Of a stretch of 64,000 nt of DNA, positions 59,013 through 64,000 are shown piece after piece. Source of the stretch: a virus (Duplodnaviria; Heunggongvirae; Uroviricota; Caudoviricetes); the IMG/VR virus record IMGVR_UViG_3300013902_000006; one strand, written 5' to 3'. Numbering within the stretch: the first letter of the stretch is position 1; the number at the start of each line of letters is the position of its first letter. The translations under genes and the position numbers were made by a program. The notes under the pieces are model-generated. The model saw only the letters and a program-made list of their open reading frames with translations, did not search any database and had not been told where the DNA came from.

Positions 59013-59523
59013 TTGTTTTACAATGTGACGAAAGAAAAATTTATTGAAAAAAGCAACAAGATACATAATAATAAATATGACTATTCAAAAGTAGACTATA
59101 TAAATGCCAATACAAAAGTCTGTATTATTTGTCCGGAGCATGGTGAATTTTGGATGACTCCTACCGCACATATGTATCAAAGACAAAATTGTCCTGATTG
59201 TGCTAAAAAAGAAACCGCCATAAAACGCACTAAGAATACTGATTGGTTTATACGAACAAGCATTTAAAGTACATGGTAATAAGTACGATTACTCGAAAGC
59301 TGTATATCAGAATACAGAAGCCAAGGTTTGCATCATTTGTCCTGAGCACGGCGAATTTTGGCAAACCCCTCATAATCATCTATGTACTACGAAACCACAA
59401 GGTTGTCCTAAATGTGGAAAGGAACAGTATATTATTAAAAATACTAAAATTGAAAATGATTTTATAAATGAATGCATTAAAAGGATAAACATCATGTTAA
59501 TTTTAATTAAACCATTACATTAG
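59013..59523 (+). pseudogene. Frameshifted, truncated paralog of the 7323..8234 repeat endonuclease-like gene
   Basis: Repeat 1 (KYDYSKVDYINANTKVCIICPEHGEFWMTP..CPDC) is in frame 2 and ends at 59267. Repeat 2 (KVHGNKYDYSKAVYQNTEAKVCIICPEHGEFWQTP..GCPKCG) continues in frame 0 up to the TAG at 59521. A single extra C in tttata-c-gaacaagca near 59256 restores FIEQAFKVHGNKYDY. No C-terminal nuclease domain. Confidence 0.6.
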
Positions 59524-59591
59524 TACTGGTTTTTTACTTTTATATTAGAAAAAAGTAGTACATTTGTAACAAGAATACAAATGGACACAAC

Positions 59592-60353
59592 GTGAGTTTA
59601 TTCATTACAAATGAAGAGTTTGTCAAAAGTAAGATAAAACTTAAAAAATACAATCAAGAATGGAAAAAATATTCGGCAAGGAAATATGTCGGTGATTGTT
59701 CTTATTTATTCGAGAAACTGAAACCATCATCATATAAGGATTTCTACGAAAAATACATTAATGATGGAAAGAAAACAAGTGGAAGTATCAATATTGATGA
59801 TTACCATCGTGGACGAACGGAATGGGAAATAATAGATAATGCGAAATATTTGTATGATACTATCTGTAAGAGATATCCCGACGATAATGTAAATTTCGTT
59901 GACTGTCTGAATGTCACAGTAGGTCATACAATACACGAAACATATGATGGACACATTGTCGAAAACATCGTGGATGAAATGTTTAATAAAAAAGGTCTTA
60001 AAACAATTAAACCTTGTGGCGATGCTGATACGTTGTATGGTATTGACCGTTTTTGTTACATAGACGGCAAGTTGCAATTTACATTACAGATAAAACCCAT
60101 ATCATTTTTCTTGGGAAATTCAAATAGAAGTCTGATAGAAGATAGAATATCAGCTTTCAACAAAGGTAGGAAGGCTCAAGAGGTTTTTAATGTTAAGATG
60201 TATTACATAATATACGACGGTTCTGTAAGTAGCGAGAACAATGTTGGTTTTGTTTGCAAGCCTAATAACAAGATGGCATTTGAGCTATCTGAGTTATGCA
60301 ATTGTGATGGAACTGTTAAGATATTACCGAAAAATCGTTGTTTTAACAATTAA
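59592..60353 (+). CDS. Hypothetical protein
   Basis: 253-aa ORF. Confidence 0.45.
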   Translation: MSLFITNEEFVKSKIKLKKYNQEWKKYSARKYVGDCSYLFEKLKPSSYKDFYEKYINDGKKTSGSINIDDYHRGRTEWEIIDNAKYLYDTICKRYPDDNVNFVDCLNVTVGHTIHETYDGHIVENIVDEMFNKKGLKTIKPCGDADTLYGIDRFCYIDGKLQFTLQIKPISFFLGNSNRSLIEDRISAFNKGRKAQEVFNVKMYYIIYDGSVSSENNVGFVCKPNNKMAFELSELCNCDGTVKILPKNRCFNN

Positions 60354-60389
60354 TAACTTATTTTTCTTTGTTGTTACGTATATTTTCAG

Positions 60390-60397
60390 TATCTTTG
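60390..60397 (+). promoter_or_regulatory. -7 box TATCTTTG(CA)
   Basis: TAnnTTTG match 30 nt before ATG 60428. Confidence 0.4.
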
Positions 60398-60427
60398 CAC
60401 TCGTAATCGAAATTAATTAATAAACAT

Positions 60428-60652
60428 ATGCAAGAAATCTATATTCTTATAAAAAGTGAAGGAATCTATGATTCACAGACGAGTTTTCCTGTTGCTGCAT
60501 TTATGAACCGAGAAGCTGCCGAGAAGGAGTGCAAACGTTTGAATGACGAAATGGATGATTTGCAAAGTCTATTTCCGATGCAAGCTGGGGCGCGTTCGTC
60601 ACAATGTTGGAATACAAAGCTAAGTGGTATGGAAAGACCCTATCCAAGATAG
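60428..60652 (+). CDS. Small hypothetical ORF whose 3' end runs into the TnpB remnant
   Basis: 74-aa ORF with a canonical promoter. Possibly a chimeric reading frame created by the IS insertion or deletion. Confidence 0.3.
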   Translation: MQEIYILIKSEGIYDSQTSFPVAAFMNREAAEKECKRLNDEMDDLQSLFPMQAGARSSQCWNTKLSGMERPYPR

Positions 60653-60915
60653 GAAGGTTCTATCCATCCTCAAAAACTTGCCATTATTGCGGCTATGTCA
60701 AGGAAGACTTGACTTTGTCTGACCGTTACTACACTTGCCCTAATTGTGGCAAGCTGATAGACAGAGACTTGAATGCAGCAAAGAACATCCTTGAGGAAGG
60801 AATAAGAAACATATCGGCAGGAACTGTCGATTACACCGATGGAGGGGGCGTAAGACTTGCTCGCAAGCATTCCCCGATGAAGTCGGAATCCCACAAGTCT
60901 TTAGCTTGTGGGTAG
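60559..60915 (+). mobile_element. tnpB: IS200/IS605-family TnpB (OrfB) C-terminal fragment with the element right-end hairpin; decayed IS
   Basis: In-frame translation ISDASWGAFVTMLEYKAKWYGKTLSKIGRFYPSSKTCHYCG...YTCPNCGKLIDRDLNAAKNILEEG matches the TnpB RuvC-II/Zn-finger/RuvC-III end (DASWGEF..LEYKA.W.G, SSKTCS.CG, DRDVNAAINI). The hairpin CCCACAAG-TCTTTAG-CTTGTGGG at 60890..60912 overlaps the stop, as expected for IS605 right-end/omega-RNA scaffolds. About 280 N-terminal aa are missing. Confidence 0.6.
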
Positions 60916-60985
60916 TTCAAGAAGGCTTGCCATCATACTATGTAACGAATGAGAGCATTCCTTTGTATAATTAAAGATTAATTTT

Positions 60986-61756
60986 ATGAGATACTGTGGT
61001 AGTAAAAGAAAATTCATGAAGGAACTTCTTCCTATTCTAATGGAAGGGACGAATGAAAATACTTTGTTTGTGGACGTTTTCGGTGGAGGAATGAACGTAG
61101 TGTCCGAAATTCCTCTTGAGAAGAAAATTGCGAATGATAACAATCTGTATGTAGTAAGTCTTTGGAAATCTTTACAAAGTCATAAATTAAAAGGGACATT
61201 GCTTCCTCGACTGATAAATGACCATGTTACAGAAGAGGAGTATAGTGATGTAAAACGTAGTTTTCTCGATAAATCGGCCAAGTATTCATATGCCGAGATT
61301 GGTTATGTCGGTGCTGCTTTGTCATACGGAGGTGCATTTTTCAATGGTTATGCAAAGTTCAATCCAAAGAAAAATGAAGACCACGTAAAAGAGGCGTACA
61401 ACGGACTGATGAAACAATTGGAAGGGTTCAAAAACCTTGACACGACTGAATTTGTCTGCGAAGACTATCGTAATTTGAAGTTTAATAATGAGGGCGACGC
61501 ATTTAATGTAGTTCTATTTTGTGATCCTCCGTATTTTGCCACCCGTAAGTATTTGAGTGACTTTGATACTGAATTATTTTGGGGTTGGGTGAGAGAACAA
61601 TCGATTAGAGGCTATAAGGTATATGTCTGTGAATATGATGCACCATCCGATTTCAAATGCGTATGGAGCAAAAAGAAGAAAGATGGAATGGGCACGACAA
61701 AAACCGGACGTAAGCAGAGTACTAAAGTCGAGAAAATGTTTGTATACAATGGTTAA
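60986..61756 (+). CDS. Second Dam/D12-class DNA N6-adenine methyltransferase
   Basis: MRYCGSKRKFMKELLPIL, FVDVFGGGMNV (FxGxG) and LFCDPPYFATRKY (DPPY). Confidence 0.75.
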   Translation: MRYCGSKRKFMKELLPILMEGTNENTLFVDVFGGGMNVVSEIPLEKKIANDNNLYVVSLWKSLQSHKLKGTLLPRLINDHVTEEEYSDVKRSFLDKSAKYSYAEIGYVGAALSYGGAFFNGYAKFNPKKNEDHVKEAYNGLMKQLEGFKNLDTTEFVCEDYRNLKFNNEGDAFNVVLFCDPPYFATRKYLSDFDTELFWGWVREQSIRGYKVYVCEYDAPSDFKCVWSKKKKDGMGTTKTGRKQSTKVEKMFVYNG

Positions 61757-61783
61757 TTGAAAGAGTAATAAGATAAATAAATA

Positions 61784-62239
61784 ATGACAAATAAAATAGG
61801 AGATGCAAGGCATCTTAAAGATGAAATAAAAGATTTAGTTGGCAAGAAACTGCCTATTTGTATTGATGTTGATGGTACAGTGGTGTTCCATCATTATCCA
61901 AAGTTGGGCAAGGATGCACCGCACTGTGTCGAGACGCTTAAGAAATGGACTGACAATGGAGTAGGCTTGATTATTGATACAATGCGCAGTGGCAAGGAAC
62001 TTGATGCTGCAATCAAGTGGTTCAAAGACAGAGATATTCCAATTTACGGTGTAGGTAAGGAACCAGGACAAAGTAAATGGACAGACAGCCCAAAGGCATA
62101 CGGTGTGTTATCCATTGACGATAGGAATGTTGGTGTGCCTCTTATATATGAGGACGGTGAGCGACCTTGTGTCGATTGGAAGAAAATAGACAAAGAATAT
62201 TCTGAAAGTATTCTTAAACTTGCAGAGAATTATAAATAA
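61784..62239 (+). CDS. HAD-superfamily hydrolase-like protein (DxDGT motif)
   Basis: LPICIDVDGTVV motif I. Small size (151 aa), comparable to phage deoxynucleotidases/3'-phosphatases. Confidence 0.4.
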   Translation: MTNKIGDARHLKDEIKDLVGKKLPICIDVDGTVVFHHYPKLGKDAPHCVETLKKWTDNGVGLIIDTMRSGKELDAAIKWFKDRDIPIYGVGKEPGQSKWTDSPKAYGVLSIDDRNVGVPLIYEDGERPCVDWKKIDKEYSESILKLAENYK

Positions 62240-62253
62240 ATTAATTTTTTAAT

Positions 62254-62475
62254 ATGTACAAACGTTTTATAGTCGTAAAGGATGTCGGTGTCGAAGGTTT
62301 TGACAAACAGATTAAGAAGGGTTCTGAAATAACCATAATGAACGACACAATATATTTCAACGGAGGTATGGTAGACAGTATGTTTTATGATATTTTCAGA
62401 GATTTGATAGACCAAGAGACGAAAAATGGTTTTCATTTCTTAAAAGAAGTCACTATTCCTTATAATAAGATATAA
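62254..62475 (+). CDS. Hypothetical small protein
   Basis: 73-aa ORF. Confidence 0.3.
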   Translation: MYKRFIVVKDVGVEGFDKQIKKGSEITIMNDTIYFNGGMVDSMFYDIFRDLIDQETKNGFHFLKEVTIPYNKI

Positions 62476-62523
62476 CTTAATATTTTTTAACTAAAAATAT
62501 TTGGTCTTAATATAAAATTGTTG

Positions 62524-62531
62524 TACCTTTG
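62524..62531 (+). promoter_or_regulatory. -7 box TACCTTTG(CA)
   Basis: TAnnTTTG match 28 nt before ATG 62559. Confidence 0.45.
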
Positions 62532-62558
62532 CACCATCAAAATTAAACAATAGTAAGA

Positions 62559-63209
62559 ATGAATAATATATGGTTTACGTCTGATACACATTTTTCACAC
62601 AAGAATATATTGAAACATTGTGGTGGAAGATTAAAGGCCTTTGGTATAGATGAAAATCTTGATGATGAGGAAAAGGTCATTCTCAATGACGAAGCAATTA
62701 TTAAGAGGTGGAATGACAAGGTTAAGAAAAAAGACACTGTCTATATTATAGGTGATTTTTCTTTCGCCAATCCTGAACAAACAAAAAAGATAATAGGAAA
62801 ACTAAATGGTACTAAATTCTTGATTTTAGGAAATCATGATAAAAGTTCAGAACGTTTATTAGGATACTTTACACAGATAACGCAGATAAAGGAAGTTACG
62901 TTCAAACAAAAAATGTTTGATTTCCTTGATGAGGATTTTTCAATCGTTTGTTGTCATTATCCTATGGTGACTTGGAATCGGAAACATTATGGTAGTGTAA
63001 ATGCCCACGGTCATTGTCACGGGAATATAGACAATTTTAATGATGAATCAGATGATCTAAGAGTCGATGTTGGTCTTGACGGAAAGTTGGCAAACTATGA
63101 TTTAATCAATTTGAAGACCCTATATCAGTATTTTAAGGAGAAGACTAAAGGAAAACTTTTTAGTGAATACGTCTTTGAAAAAAGACAAGAGAAAACAATA
63201 GTAATTTAA
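62559..63209 (+). CDS. Calcineurin-like metallophosphoesterase (Ser/Thr phosphatase / YfcE-like)
   Basis: WFTSDTHFSH (motif I), YIIGDFSF (II), ILGNHD (III) and HGHCHGN (V). Confidence 0.6.
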   Translation: MNNIWFTSDTHFSHKNILKHCGGRLKAFGIDENLDDEEKVILNDEAIIKRWNDKVKKKDTVYIIGDFSFANPEQTKKIIGKLNGTKFLILGNHDKSSERLLGYFTQITQIKEVTFKQKMFDFLDEDFSIVCCHYPMVTWNRKHYGSVNAHGHCHGNIDNFNDESDDLRVDVGLDGKLANYDLINLKTLYQYFKEKTKGKLFSEYVFEKRQEKTIVI

Positions 63210-63235
63210 AGTTTAACAATTAAAATATTTTAATT

Positions 63236-63784
63236 ATGTCAAAATTTAAGGTAAATGAGGAAGTCATCATCAAAGCGACTGGTGAGACTGGTGTAGTTAA
63301 GGCTCGTGAGGTACTTGGTACTGATGTAGAGACTAAGCATACGACAATTCAGTATGTAGTAAAGGTCGGTGACGGCTTCGACAATTGGAAGGCTTTTAGC
63401 AAGAAGGAACTTCTAAAGACACCGAAGGATGTGGCCGATCCTGATGCCAAGTATATCAAGAAGGTATATGATTTGCCTGAAGGATATAAGTTGACTCTTG
63501 TAGGTCTTGCTGAGGCAGTTAAAGAATATTCCTTTAACGAAAATGACGAATTGATTCCTACAAAGGCGAAGATTTGCAATATTGGTCACGCAATCTATAA
63601 TCCTGCTGATAAGTATGATGAGAAGTTTGGTTTCCGTATCGCTAAGAATAGGGTTAAAACACGTCCATTCGCACATCTTTACAGTGAGTTCAGTGGCGAG
63701 TTTAATTACGATACTGTAGTTGCGATTATGGATGCGAAGGCAAAGTATATCACTGAGAATTACGAGCGTTTTATTACAAAGTAA
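63236..63784 (+). CDS. Hypothetical protein with host-like, higher-GC codon usage
   Basis: 182-aa ORF. Confidence 0.4.
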   Translation: MSKFKVNEEVIIKATGETGVVKAREVLGTDVETKHTTIQYVVKVGDGFDNWKAFSKKELLKTPKDVADPDAKYIKKVYDLPEGYKLTLVGLAEAVKEYSFNENDELIPTKAKICNIGHAIYNPADKYDEKFGFRIAKNRVKTRPFAHLYSEFSGEFNYDTVVAIMDAKAKYITENYERFITK

Positions 63785-64000
63785 TTTTATCAGCACAGAA
63801 AAAAATAATAATACAACCTATATACCACAAGTAACAATGGCTTGGTAATCCATTGGCTCGTAAGTAGTAATATCGAATAGTCTCGGTAATAGTTGAAAAA
63901 CCTTCATCGGTTATGTATTTGTGAATGCTCACCGATTATTTTGAAATAAAATGCAAATGTTAATGGCAGCTATAACATATTGAGGAAATGTAAGCCAAAT

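Noticed and set aside
153-63796. Many 60-130-aa minus-strand ORFs from the six-frame track that lie entirely inside long plus-strand genes (e.g. 153..431, 759..1130, 12697..13083, 25137..25502, 32788..33087, 35040..35342, 57679..58032).
   Set aside because: They overlap well-supported genes on the opposite strand, have no promoter or start context, and show the low-complexity composition typical of antisense frames in AT-rich DNA.
1-64000. Possibility that this is a crAss-like podovirus (Bacteroidetes host, giant proteins, BACON domains).
   Set aside because: The window contains gp25-like and gp6-like baseplate wedge genes, a T4-style recombination/replication set and tRNAs, which fit a myovirus-type genome. 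No crAss-like signature genes are recognisable.
1-64000. CRISPR array, integrase/attP, reverse transcriptase/DGR, toxin-antitoxin or a recognisable defence operon.
   Set aside because: No spaced direct-repeat array was found. No tyrosine/serine recombinase motifs and no YxDD reverse-transcriptase ORF are present. The truncated tRNA-Ser is explained better by the 54-bp repeat junction than by an attP site, since no integrase is present in the window.

Overview
This window reads as a contiguous stretch of a large, AT-rich, virulent-looking tailed phage genome, most likely a myovirus. The host is probably a strictly anaerobic Bacteroidetes (Bacteroides/Prevotella-like). The host call rests on recurrent TAnnTTTG(CA) -7 promoter boxes, an OmpA-family OMP and lipobox lipoprotein of Bacteroidetes type, BACON-like domains, and an anaerobic class III RNR. 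Almost all genes are on the + strand and tightly packed.

Gene order:
- DnaB-like helicase; NrdD/NrdG.
- A baseplate block (gp25-like wedge, gp6/BaseplateJ-like), then a 2166-aa giant protein and seven further large Asn/Tyr/Asp-rich structural proteins.
- A replication/recombination block: SbcD-like, RuvC-like, DnaG-type primase, a GH108 lysozyme on the opposite strand, an RHH protein and Rad50/SbcC.
- An accessory half rich in unusual cargo: two sigma-70-family factors, a tRNA island (at least three foldable tRNAs plus degenerate ones) flanked by an exact 54-bp direct repeat, a soluble FtsH-type (M41) metalloprotease fused to a deviant P-loop ATPase, DnaJ, Nudix, IF3, a YqeY/GatB-like protein, a CCA-adding enzyme plus a second Pol-beta nucleotidyltransferase, an Fmt-like formyltransferase, two Dam-class MTases, a HAD hydrolase, a metallophosphoesterase, and host-like morons (SPFH lipoprotein + OmpA) carrying host promoters.
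- Selfish-element traces: a homing-endonuclease-like gene with triplicated zinc-ribbon repeats and a frameshifted paralog; a T5orf172 GIY-YIG gene; a homing-endonuclease DNA-binding-domain remnant; and a decayed IS605-family TnpB 3' fragment with its right-end hairpin.

No integrase, reverse transcriptase, CRISPR array or recognisable defence operon was seen.

The most novel-looking system is an apparent translation-initiation and proteostasis takeover set: IF3, Fmt-like, YqeY, an initiator-like tRNA-CAT, a CCA enzyme, an NTase, an FtsH-like protease, DnaJ and two sigma factors.
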